Source: Candidatus Latescibacterota bacterium (GTDB taxonomy: Bacteria; Latescibacterota; UBA2968; UBA8231). Taken from it: a stretch of 64,000 nucleotides of DNA. A program made the translations under genes and the position numbers. The notes below the pieces were generated by a model, which was given only the letters and a program-made list of their open reading frames with translations, searched no databases and was not told the origin of the DNA. How positions within the stretch are numbered: the stretch's first letter is position 1; every line of letters starts with the position of its first letter. This document shows positions 1-8,041 of the stretch, piece after piece. The stretch spans positions 2,112,001 to 2,176,000 of the forward strand of contig OZ241889.1 in the NCBI GenBank assembly GCA_965203355.1, in the 5' to 3' direction.

Positions 1-6
1 CAGCAG

Positions 7-993
7 TTGGCCGATATGAAAACCGACGGCAATATCGTACCGCCGCCCTCGTTGACAGTGGAGAAGCACCGACTGCAAGGCAGGGAAGTTGCGGTTATCA
101 CCGTGCAACCTTCGAACTCGCCGCCCGTGCGCTTCAAGGGAGCCATCCACATTCGCATTGGCCCGCGCCGTGGCATTGCCTCCGCTCAGGACGAGAGGAT
201 TCTCAATGAGAAGCGGCGATACGGAGACCGCCCTTTCGACCTACAGCCGATTCCGACCGCGAGCTTGTCCGATCTCGATCTGACCCAGTTTGAAAACGAA
301 TACTTAACCGCCGCGTTTTCGGATGAAGTACTAGCGGCCAATGACCGCAGCTTATACGAGCAACTCGCGGCGACAAAAATGATCGTCGCCGCCGACCAGC
401 CCACCGCAACTGTACTGGGCTTACTCGCAATCGGCAAGAACCCGCAGGATTTCTTGCATGGTGCCTATGTACAATTCCTCAGAATTGATGGCAACGAATA
501 CACAGACAAAATAATCGATGCCCAAAAGATAGGCGGTTCCATCCCGCAACTCCTGCGCCAGCTCGAAGAAAAACTGACGGCCCACAATCGCATCGCGGTA
601 GATATTACAACGAGCTACATTGAACAACGAACAGAACTGTATCCCGTGGCTGCCTTGCACCAGATTATCCGCAATGCCGTGATGCACAGGACGTACGAGG
701 CAACTAACGCGCCCGTTCATGTCTATTGGTTCAACGACCGCCTTGAGGTGTTGAGCCCCGGTGGCGCATTTGGGGCGGTGACAGCCGAGCGGTTTGGGGA
801 ACCGGGATTGGTTGATTATCGCAATCCAAATGTTGCAGACGCGATGAGAACTCTCGGATTTGTTCAGCGTTATGGTGTTGGAATACCCATCGCTAAAAAC
901 CAGTTGGCGGCATCGGGACATCCAGAACTTGAGTTTGATGTTTCCAACACTTTTGTGCGGGTAACAGTAAAGTCGAGGAGAGGCAAACAATGA
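7..993 (+). CDS. AlbA_2 (Schlafen-like) + HATPase_c_4 (RecG-C-like) ATP-binding protein, probably 5'-truncated by the window edge
   Basis: Motifs 'ITVQPSNSPPVRFKG..IRIG' (end of AlbA_2), 'ALHQIIRNAVMHRTY', 'DRLEVLSPGG', 'YRNPNVADAM..LGFVQRYGVGI' typical of HATPase_c_4 proteins. Confidence 0.8.
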   Translation: MADMKTDGNIVPPPSLTVEKHRLQGREVAVITVQPSNSPPVRFKGAIHIRIGPRRGIASAQDERILNEKRRYGDRPFDLQPIPTASLSDLDLTQFENEYLTAAFSDEVLAANDRSLYEQLAATKMIVAADQPTATVLGLLAIGKNPQDFLHGAYVQFLRIDGNEYTDKIIDAQKIGGSIPQLLRQLEEKLTAHNRIAVDITTSYIEQRTELYPVAALHQIIRNAVMHRTYEATNAPVHVYWFNDRLEVLSPGGAFGAVTAERFGEPGLVDYRNPNVADAMRTLGFVQRYGVGIPIAKNQLAASGHPELEFDVSNTFVRVTVKSRRGKQ

Positions 994-2000
994 CCGTTCC
1001 AGTGTTGACATTCTTCAACAACAAGAGCGGCGTGGGCAAAACCTCGCTTGTCTATCATCTGGCGTGGATGCTGTCTGACATGGGGTATCGGGTGTTGGCT
1101 TGCGATCTCGATCCGCAGGCGAACCTCACAGCGGCATTGCTGGATGAAGATCCGTTGGAAAAGCTGTGGGATGAAGATAACGAGGTCGCCGCCCATACCA
1201 TCCTACAATGCGTCTGGCCGCTGACAAAAGAGGGCGATATCAAAGCCCCGGTGCTAACGAAAATTACATCTGCGTTGTGCCTGATTCCGGGCGACTTGGC
1301 ACTGGCCAGATTTGAAGATACGCTGTCATCAGCATGGCCTAACGCATTGGATTCTGGCGGGCTGTATCGTCCCTTCCGCATGCTGACGGCCTTCTCGACC
1401 GTCATGCAGTCCGGGGCTGCACAGATGGACGCCGCGGTCGTCTTGGTTGACGTCGGTCCCAGTTTAGGGGCCGTCAATCGCTCCGCGCTGATTGCTACCG
1501 ATTACATCGTCGTCCCACTGGGCACCAACTTGTTTTCGCTCCAGAGCCTGTGCCATCTCGGTCCGACGCTGAATCAGTGGCGGCAGGGCTGGCAGCGGCG
1601 GAGGGCCCACTGGACGCCACCGGATTTTCCGCTGCCAAATGGGGCTATGCAGCCCGTTGGCTATGTAGTGCAACAGCACGGCGTCCGGCTGAGTCGTCCC
1701 ATCAGGGCTTATGACAAATGGGTCAACCAAATGCCGGCAGAATACGCCCGCAGCCTGTGCGGGGACGCCGAAGGACCGTACCCCGCAACGCCAGCGCAAG
1801 ACGAACAAAACAACCTCGCCACCGTCAAACAATACCAGAGCTTAGTGACAATGGCGGAGGAAGCACGCAAGCCCATTTTTCACCTCACCACCGCCGATGG
1901 TGCCATGGGTAGCCATGCGGCCGCGGCAAACGACGCACGTCGGGATTTTCGGGATTTGGCGCAGAAGATCGTCCAGCGAATCAATATTGGGCACACGTAA
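990..2000 (+). CDS. ParA/Soj-family ATPase (orphan, no parB)
   Basis: Deviant Walker A 'FNNKSGVGKT', 'DLDPQANLT', 'VLVDVGPSLG'; ATGA overlap with the upstream gene. Confidence 0.85.
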   Translation: MTVPVLTFFNNKSGVGKTSLVYHLAWMLSDMGYRVLACDLDPQANLTAALLDEDPLEKLWDEDNEVAAHTILQCVWPLTKEGDIKAPVLTKITSALCLIPGDLALARFEDTLSSAWPNALDSGGLYRPFRMLTAFSTVMQSGAAQMDAAVVLVDVGPSLGAVNRSALIATDYIVVPLGTNLFSLQSLCHLGPTLNQWRQGWQRRRAHWTPPDFPLPNGAMQPVGYVVQQHGVRLSRPIRAYDKWVNQMPAEYARSLCGDAEGPYPATPAQDEQNNLATVKQYQSLVTMAEEARKPIFHLTTADGAMGSHAAAANDARRDFRDLAQKIVQRINIGHT

Positions 2001-2038
2001 ACTGTGTCCCCAAGGATTAACACAAGGAAAGCGACAAT

Positions 2039-5000
2039 ATGGACCGTATAAAAGAGGCGATACGCGCCACCCTTGCGAAAATTCCGCTGGGCGATTTTGC
2101 CGCGATAGCGCAAGATTTGTTAGCGGTCCTCGGCTATCGCAGCGCGCGTACGCTGGGCGGGCAGACGGGCGATGTGGCCGATTTCATCGCGCAGTTTCCC
2201 ATCCCGAAACCAAATACCAAGACTGAACTGGCATTCCGTGAGCAGGTCCAATCGGTGCGGCTCGTCTTTCAGGTGACAAGCGACGAAATTACCGCTGGGT
2301 TTGAAGCCCATTCCTTCGACAAAGGACAACAGCAGAGCTTCCTCTTTTTCGCCGTTGAACTCAAGGAAGCAACCTATCCTCGCGGCGAGTACGCGCAGTT
2401 CACCCGCGAAATCAACAAGCGCCTGAGTCAACCCTGCGTCGTTTTGTTCAGCACGGCCAATCATCGGCTCTCGCTGTCCTTTGTCCATCGCCGCGAGCAC
2501 AAGCGCGATCAACAGCGCGATGTGCTGGGTCGCGTGTCGCTGATACGGGAGGTGGACCCGACCCATCCCCACCGCGCCCATTTGGACATTTTGGCCGCCC
2601 TATCGCTGGCCAAGTGCGCGGATTGGCTAGGCCGCCATAACAAGCCGCACAATTTTGACGGGCTACTGGCCGCTTGGCTGGACAAACTGGACACCGAGGA
2701 ACTCAATCGTCAGTTCTATGACGAGCTGTTCGCTTGGTTCAAGAAAGCAGTCGCGGAAGCGAAGTTCCCGGCGACCGCATCGGCCGAGCAGCAGGTCATT
2801 CGGCTGATCACTCGCATCCTGTTCGTCTGGTTCATCAAGGAAAAGGACTTAGTCCGCGAGGAGTGGTTCGCACCCGCCGAAATGGAAAAGCTGCTGTGCA
2901 ACTTTGGCGGGTCCGACTACTACCGCGCTGTCTTGCAGAATCTTTTCTTCGCAACGCTCAACACCGAGATAGACGCGCGTGGTTTCAGCACCCAGACCGA
3001 GCCTAGCCACCGGGTTTTTTCGCGTTTCCGCTACCAATCGCTCATCCGCGATACAGCGCGATTCGAAGAGCTGATGCAGCAGACGCCATTCATCAACGGC
3101 GGCTTGTTCGACTGTTTGGACGACGAGGAATCGACAAGCGCCGGGGGCAGACGCATGGATATGTTCAGCGATCCCGATCCAAATGACGGTCCGCGCGCTG
3201 CCCAAGCGCGCCGCGAGGCGTGGCGAGAACTGAACGTTCCTGATGCCCTGTTCTTCGACCAGAGCGATGGGCTGTTTCCCCTGCTCAACCGCTACAAGTT
3301 CACGGTGGAGGAAAACACGCCCGTAGAGCAGGAAGTCGCTCTGGACCCGGAATTGCTCGGCAAGGTCTTTGAGAACTTACTGGCGGCCTACAACCCGGAA
3401 ACGCGCGAGACAGCGCGCAAGCAGACTGGCTCTTACTACACGCCGCGCGTCGTGGTGGATTACATGGTGGAGGAAGCCTTAGTCGCCGTGTTGACGGAAA
3501 AAGTGCCGCCCGACGATGGCGAAGTGGCGTATTGGCAAGAGCGATTGCGCTATTTGCTGGATTACGAAGACGCATTCGCCGACGCCAATGATCTTTTTGA
3601 AGAGGCCGAAGCCGAGGGCGTTGTGCGAGCGATTGCCGAGATCAAGGTGTTGGATCCGGCGGTCGGCTCTGGGGCGTTTCCAATGGGCATATTGCACAAG
3701 CTGACCTTGGCGTTGCAGCGGCTTGATCCTGACAATCAGCGTTGGCAAGCACTGCAAAAGAAACGGGCCAGACAACGGGCGGACGCGACGTTTGAAACTC
3801 ACGATCGGCAGAAACGCGATGCCGAGTTGCTGGAGATTAGTAAAACGTTCGAGCGGTATTCGGGCGATTTCGGGCGCAAGCTCTACTTGGTTCAAAACAG
3901 CATCTTTGGCGTAGATATTCAGCCGGTGGCCTGCCAAATCGCCAAGTTGCGCTTTTTCATTTCGCTGGCGATTGAGCAAGAAGCCGGGCGAGAAAGTGCC
4001 GACAACTTTGGCATCAAGCCGCTGCCCAATCTGGAGACGCGCTTTGTGGCGGCGAATACGCTGTTGAGCCTTGACAAGCCAGGCCAACTTAGTCTCGAAA
4101 GGGATGTGGTGAACCAGCTAAAACGGAAATTGAATGAAAACCGCGAGCAGCATTTTCACGCTACTACGCGCCAACAAAAATTGGACTGTCGGGAGAAGGA
4201 TGCGGAACTACGCGCAGCCTTGGCGGTGGAGTTGAAAGGAGTCGTCTTTTCGCCCGATACGGCGGAAAAAATTGCACGCTGGAATCCCTACGATCAGAAC
4301 GCTGTTGCCGATTGGTTTGACGCTGAGTACATGTTCGGCGAGCGTGGGGGATTTGATGTGGTGATTGGGAATCCGCCGTACATTCAGTTGCAGAAAAATG
4401 GCGGTGAATTAGGTAATCTCTACAAGAATGCCGGCTACGAAACTTTCGCCCGCACCGGCGATATATACCAACTTTTCTACGAGCGCGGTTGCCGGTTGTT
4501 CAGGCAGGATCAGGGCCTATTGGTCTATATCACCTCTAATAGCTGGCTCAAGGCCGAATACGGCAAAGCTCTGCGGCGCTATCTATCTGAGCGGCACACG
4601 CCGCTACGCCTGCTGGAAATGGGCAAGGATGTTTTTGAGAACGCCATTGTTGATACCAACGTCTTGATCGCACGTGGGGGCCACCATAAGACAACTGGCA
4701 AGGCTATAGATATGGATCGTTTGTCCGATAAATCTTTCCCGCCTGCCGAGTCTCTTTGGGGCGAACTGCGCCCGCAAGGTGAAAAGCCGTGGAGTGCGCT
4801 GTCGGCCATTGAACAGTCGATTATGGACAAGATGGAAGCTGTTGGAACGCCGCTGAAAGAGTGGGATATTGCGATTAACTACGGAATTAAGACCGGCTAT
4901 AATGCTGCCTTTATCATTGATGAAAAGACTAAAGAATCGCTGATCGCCGAAGATCCGCGCTCGGCCGACATTATCAAGCCCGTGCTGCGAGGGCGGGACA

Positions 5001-5623
5001 TAAAACGTTACCGAGCAGAGTGGGCGGGGTTGTGGATGATTGACGCGCATAACGGATACGATAGTATTCCTGCTGTTGATATTGACGAATACCCAGCCAT
5101 CAAAAATCATTTGGACAAGTTTTATCCCCAACTGAAAAAGCGACAAGATAAAGGCAGGACACCGTACAATCTCCGTAATTGCGCTTACTACGAAGTATTT
5201 GAAAAAGAAAAGCTATTTTGGATGCACATGGCACCGAGAGGTAGATTCGCATATTCCGACTCGGAGACTATTTTCTGTAACCAAAAGGCATTTGTTGTGA
5301 TCGGACATTCTCTCAAGTACCTCTGTGCGGTCTTGAATAGTCGTCTCATAACTTGGCAGGTCAAGAATATCGCAGTAACGACCGGTATGGGACTTACTCA
5401 ATGGGATAAATTCGTGGTAGAACGCCTACCCATTCCCCAAATATCCACCACAGATCAGCAGACCTTCATCTCCCTAGTTGACGAAATCCTGAAGGCCAAA
5501 ACCGTCAACCCAAAAGCCAATACCAGTGATCAGGAAGCAGAAATTGATCGGCTAGTCTATACCCTTTACGGCCTGACCGAAAAAGAAATCGCTGCAATAG
5601 TACTAGCGGAAAATTGTGAGTGA
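2039..5623 (+). CDS. Type IIG-like single-chain restriction-modification enzyme (Eco57I-type N6-adenine MTase + TaqI_C-like specificity domain)
   Basis: Motif I 'VLDPAVGSGAF', motif IV 'DVVIGNPPY', 'KQTGSYYTPR', 'PFINGGLF', C-terminal 'EIDRLVYTLYGLT'; possible nuclease remnant 'FAVELK' near the N-terminus. Confidence 0.9.
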   Translation: MDRIKEAIRATLAKIPLGDFAAIAQDLLAVLGYRSARTLGGQTGDVADFIAQFPIPKPNTKTELAFREQVQSVRLVFQVTSDEITAGFEAHSFDKGQQQSFLFFAVELKEATYPRGEYAQFTREINKRLSQPCVVLFSTANHRLSLSFVHRREHKRDQQRDVLGRVSLIREVDPTHPHRAHLDILAALSLAKCADWLGRHNKPHNFDGLLAAWLDKLDTEELNRQFYDELFAWFKKAVAEAKFPATASAEQQVIRLITRILFVWFIKEKDLVREEWFAPAEMEKLLCNFGGSDYYRAVLQNLFFATLNTEIDARGFSTQTEPSHRVFSRFRYQSLIRDTARFEELMQQTPFINGGLFDCLDDEESTSAGGRRMDMFSDPDPNDGPRAAQARREAWRELNVPDALFFDQSDGLFPLLNRYKFTVEENTPVEQEVALDPELLGKVFENLLAAYNPETRETARKQTGSYYTPRVVVDYMVEEALVAVLTEKVPPDDGEVAYWQERLRYLLDYEDAFADANDLFEEAEAEGVVRAIAEIKVLDPAVGSGAFPMGILHKLTLALQRLDPDNQRWQALQKKRARQRADATFETHDRQKRDAELLEISKTFERYSGDFGRKLYLVQNSIFGVDIQPVACQIAKLRFFISLAIEQEAGRESADNFGIKPLPNLETRFVAANTLLSLDKPGQLSLERDVVNQLKRKLNENREQHFHATTRQQKLDCREKDAELRAALAVELKGVVFSPDTAEKIARWNPYDQNAVADWFDAEYMFGERGGFDVVIGNPPYIQLQKNGGELGNLYKNAGYETFARTGDIYQLFYERGCRLFRQDQGLLVYITSNSWLKAEYGKALRRYLSERHTPLRLLEMGKDVFENAIVDTNVLIARGGHHKTTGKAIDMDRLSDKSFPPAESLWGELRPQGEKPWSALSAIEQSIMDKMEAVGTPLKEWDIAINYGIKTGYNAAFIIDEKTKESLIAEDPRSADIIKPVLRGRDIKRYRAEWAGLWMIDAHNGYDSIPAVDIDEYPAIKNHLDKFYPQLKKRQDKGRTPYNLRNCAYYEVFEKEKLFWMHMAPRGRFAYSDSETIFCNQKAFVVIGHSLKYLCAVLNSRLITWQVKNIAVTTGMGLTQWDKFVVERLPIPQISTTDQQTFISLVDEILKAKTVNPKANTSDQEAEIDRLVYTLYGLTEKEIAAIVLAENCE
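4898..5029 (+). repeat. Long inverted repeat, copy 1 (inside the R-M gene)
   Basis: 132 bp matching the reverse complement of 6289-6420 with 3 mismatches (aat/aac, gat/gag, cgg/cga), aligned by hand. Confidence 0.95.
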
Positions 5624-5682
5624 ATCAGGATCTAACTGACTGCGAGGCAACTCTTTATGCGTCACCTTGCTAGCTGGAAGGT

Positions 5683-6449
5683 CTAAGGTAAAGGCCGTTC
5701 TTCCACTGCGGAAATCTCCATCGCCGTCAGCCCATACAATTCGTAAACCTGTAGATCAATCTCGGCTTCAGTGTCGGATATATCGGCGTTCAAATCAGTC
5801 TCTTTAGCCGTCAAGATGTGGTCAACTAAGCGGATAAATGGACGCTGCACAGCAGCGGGGATTTCAGGGATGGGTATGGTTGTAACGGAAGCATTGATCC
5901 ATCGCGTCACACCCATTCCAGAATTCAGAGCCGTTTTGCTCATAAACCAAGTTATCAGCTTTGAGTTGAGCAAAGCGCATAGATACTTGATCGATTGACC
6001 AGACATCACAAATCCTGTGTTCAAACAGAACATTCCATCTACATCGTAGGCAAATCTTCCTTGCTCTGTGAGGTCCATCCAAATCAACTTTTCTTTGGCA
6101 AAGTTCTCGTGAGTACCCGAACTGTAATAATCTACTTGTAGTTGCCACCATTCGTAAGGCACCTTTCCCGTCCTAGGGTTAGCTCCACCCCTTCGTTTCA
6201 AAAGTTGCTTCTTGTATGGCAGTAGATGCCTATGTACCGCGGGATATTCATTTTCGGCAATTTTAGAATGACTATAAATTAGCCATAGCCCCGCCCACTC
6301 TGCTCGGTAACGTTTTATGTCTCGCCCTCGCAGCACGGGCTTGATAATGTCGGCCGAGCGCGGCTCTTCGGCGATCAGCGATTCTTTAGTCTTTTCATCA
6401 ATGATAAAGGCAGCGTTATATCCAGTGAGCACCCCTCGATAAATCGCAA
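5683..6449 (-). other. Silent alternative C-terminal specificity (TRD) cassette for the Type IIG enzyme
   Basis: ORF 5683-6432 is homologous to residues ~945-1194 of the R-M enzyme and lacks the MTase; homology starts abruptly at 6449 with no evident RBS; the central TRD is divergent. Confidence 0.88.
6289..6420 (-). repeat. Long inverted repeat, copy 2 (5' part of the silent cassette)
   Basis: Reverse complement of 4898-5029. Confidence 0.95.
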
Positions 6450-6481
6450 AATATCACATTGCTCAAATAGTCATATTTTGC
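6446..6481. promoter_or_regulatory. Dyad GCAAAATAT-N18-ATATTTTGC; candidate recombinase-binding site or operator
   Basis: Perfect 9-bp arms at 6446-6454 and 6473-6481, between the cassette start and the integrase RBS. Confidence 0.45.
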
Positions 6482-6520
6482 AATCGCCTAAGACACTAAA
6501 ACCCTAACAAGGAGCTACCG

Positions 6521-7489
6521 TTGAGTTCTTTAGCCATGATTGAACAAGATTTCCATACCGAAGTCCTTTCCTCCGTATTGGCGACCAATACTCGTATTGC
6601 CTATGAGAAAGGATGGTCTCGGTTTTGCGACTACTGCACAAAAGAGCATATAGACGACCCATTATTGGCTTCCCCGGAACTGGTGGCACGTTTTCTCGTG
6701 CATAGCGCGACAAGGCCAAGCGAGCAAAGCGGTACCGTGCTATCTATGGGTACCGTGACGCTTTATAAGAGTGCCATCAACAAGAAATATACCGACGCCG
6801 GAAAGTCCTCCCCGACCAATCACCCCGTGGTCCGTGCCAGCCTCAAAGGGTTGGCCCGGCTCAAAGGGACCGCACGTCGTCGAGTAGAGGCCCTGAGAGA
6901 ATACCATATTCAAGCCATGCTTTCCCAATGTGCTGATACGACCATCGGTCGGCGCGACGCCGCCATAATGGCCCTTGGTTTCGCCGGTGCGCTACGACGC
7001 TCAGAAATATGCGGCCTAACTGTAGAGGATTTTGACTTCTTGGACCCCAACGAGGAAGCCAATCAGCGCATGTTTCTTACCATCCGCCGCTCCAAAACGG
7101 ATCAAGAGGGGAAAGGACAAACGATCGCGATCTTGGACGGCCGGGTGATCCGGCCCGTTCATCGGCTGAAAGTGTGGCTTAATGCGTCGGGGATCACACA
7201 CGGCCCCTTGTTTCAGACGATGAAACGGGGCGGCCATGTGCAGGGTAAGCCGCTGCACCATTCCGATATTCCACGCCTAGTCAAGCACTATGCGGCACGG
7301 ATTGGACTGGACCCCAAAGAAGTAGCCGGGCATTCCCTGCGGGCCGGTTTTGTCACCAGTGCCGCCGTGCATCGCGCCCGACTCGACAAAATCATGGCCG
7401 TCACCCGCCATACGAATCCGGCCACAGTCATGCAATACATTCGCGACGCCGATTCATTTACCGACCATGCCGGTGAAAATTTTTTATAA
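6521..7489 (+). CDS. Tyrosine recombinase/integrase (Cre-like), candidate invertase
   Basis: Catalytic set R (ALRRSE), K (RSKTDQ), HxxR (GHSLRAG), H (TRH), Y (MQYIR); TTG start with AAGGAG at 6509-6514. Confidence 0.92.
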   Translation: MSSLAMIEQDFHTEVLSSVLATNTRIAYEKGWSRFCDYCTKEHIDDPLLASPELVARFLVHSATRPSEQSGTVLSMGTVTLYKSAINKKYTDAGKSSPTNHPVVRASLKGLARLKGTARRRVEALREYHIQAMLSQCADTTIGRRDAAIMALGFAGALRRSEICGLTVEDFDFLDPNEEANQRMFLTIRRSKTDQEGKGQTIAILDGRVIRPVHRLKVWLNASGITHGPLFQTMKRGGHVQGKPLHHSDIPRLVKHYAARIGLDPKEVAGHSLRAGFVTSAAVHRARLDKIMAVTRHTNPATVMQYIRDADSFTDHAGENFL

Positions 7490-7556
7490 GTTTGTTTCGG
7501 GCACTTTCGCTACCTTTGGGGCGTTAGTCCAACGGCATTGTCCATGTTCACGGCGT

Positions 7557-7925
7557 AAATCCCGGGAGTCCTACTACGAATGCCTCCGGCTTAGCTCACA
7601 GCACTGGCACGACGGCAAACACGAACTAACGCCTTGGTTTAACTTCCTCTTCGCGATAGTCCGCCGCGCTTACGTCGAGTTGGAGGAACGCGCCGATCAG
7701 ATCAAGGCTCCGCGGGGTACTAAGTCCGACCGGGTACTCGCCGCCATCCGCGCCCAACCGGGCGCATTCCGCCTGAGTGATATAGAGCGCGATTGTCCCG
7801 GGGTGGGCCGCGAGTGGATTCGCACCCTCTTTGCGGAACTAAAGAAATCCGGCGACCTGGTTTGTAGCGGTCGCGGCCCGGGTGCGCGCTGGCGTTTTCG
7901 CGGGAATAAGGGTAGTAATACTTGA
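7557..7925 (+). pseudogene. C-terminal remnant of a Fic-family protein
   Basis: 'SRESYYECLRLSSQHWHDGKHELTPWFNF...FRLSDIERDCPGV...GRGPGARW' resembles the Fic C-terminus/wHTH; no HPFxxGNGR core and no start codon. Confidence 0.7.
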
Positions 7926-7950
7926 GTAAGGGGAGTAATAAGGGTAGTAA
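7905..7950 (+). repeat. Short direct repeats (TAAGGGTAGTAA-like, three copies)
   Basis: AATAAGGGTAGTAA at 7905-7918 and 7937-7950, variant TAAGGGGAGTAA at 7927-7938. Confidence 0.7.
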
Positions 7951-8041
7951 CTGAAGTGGCGAGCAGCAATATCCGCGCTAAAATCTGCGCCGAGTTGTCT
8001 GTTTTTCCGTATATTATCATAGCAACAGGTAGAGGTTTAAT

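Noticed and set aside
4898-6420. Assembly artefact or IS terminal inverted repeats
   Set aside because: The repeats are coding, carry 3 third-position differences, flank divergent paralogous TRDs, and enclose no transposase
5683-6432. Independent expressed 249-aa gene
   Set aside because: Homology continues upstream of the GTG to 6449, there is no clear RBS, and it lacks catalytic domains; better read as a silent cassette
6521-7489. Prophage, integron or XerC/D integrase
   Set aside because: No phage genes, tRNA att site, attC array or IntI insertion seen; sequence looks Cre-like rather than Xer-like
7350-7556. N-terminal part of the 191-aa ORF
   Set aside because: Overlaps the integrase in another frame; only the part from ~7557 resembles Fic
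7905-7950. CRISPR array
   Set aside because: Units are ~12 bp with no 25-45 bp spacers and no cas genes
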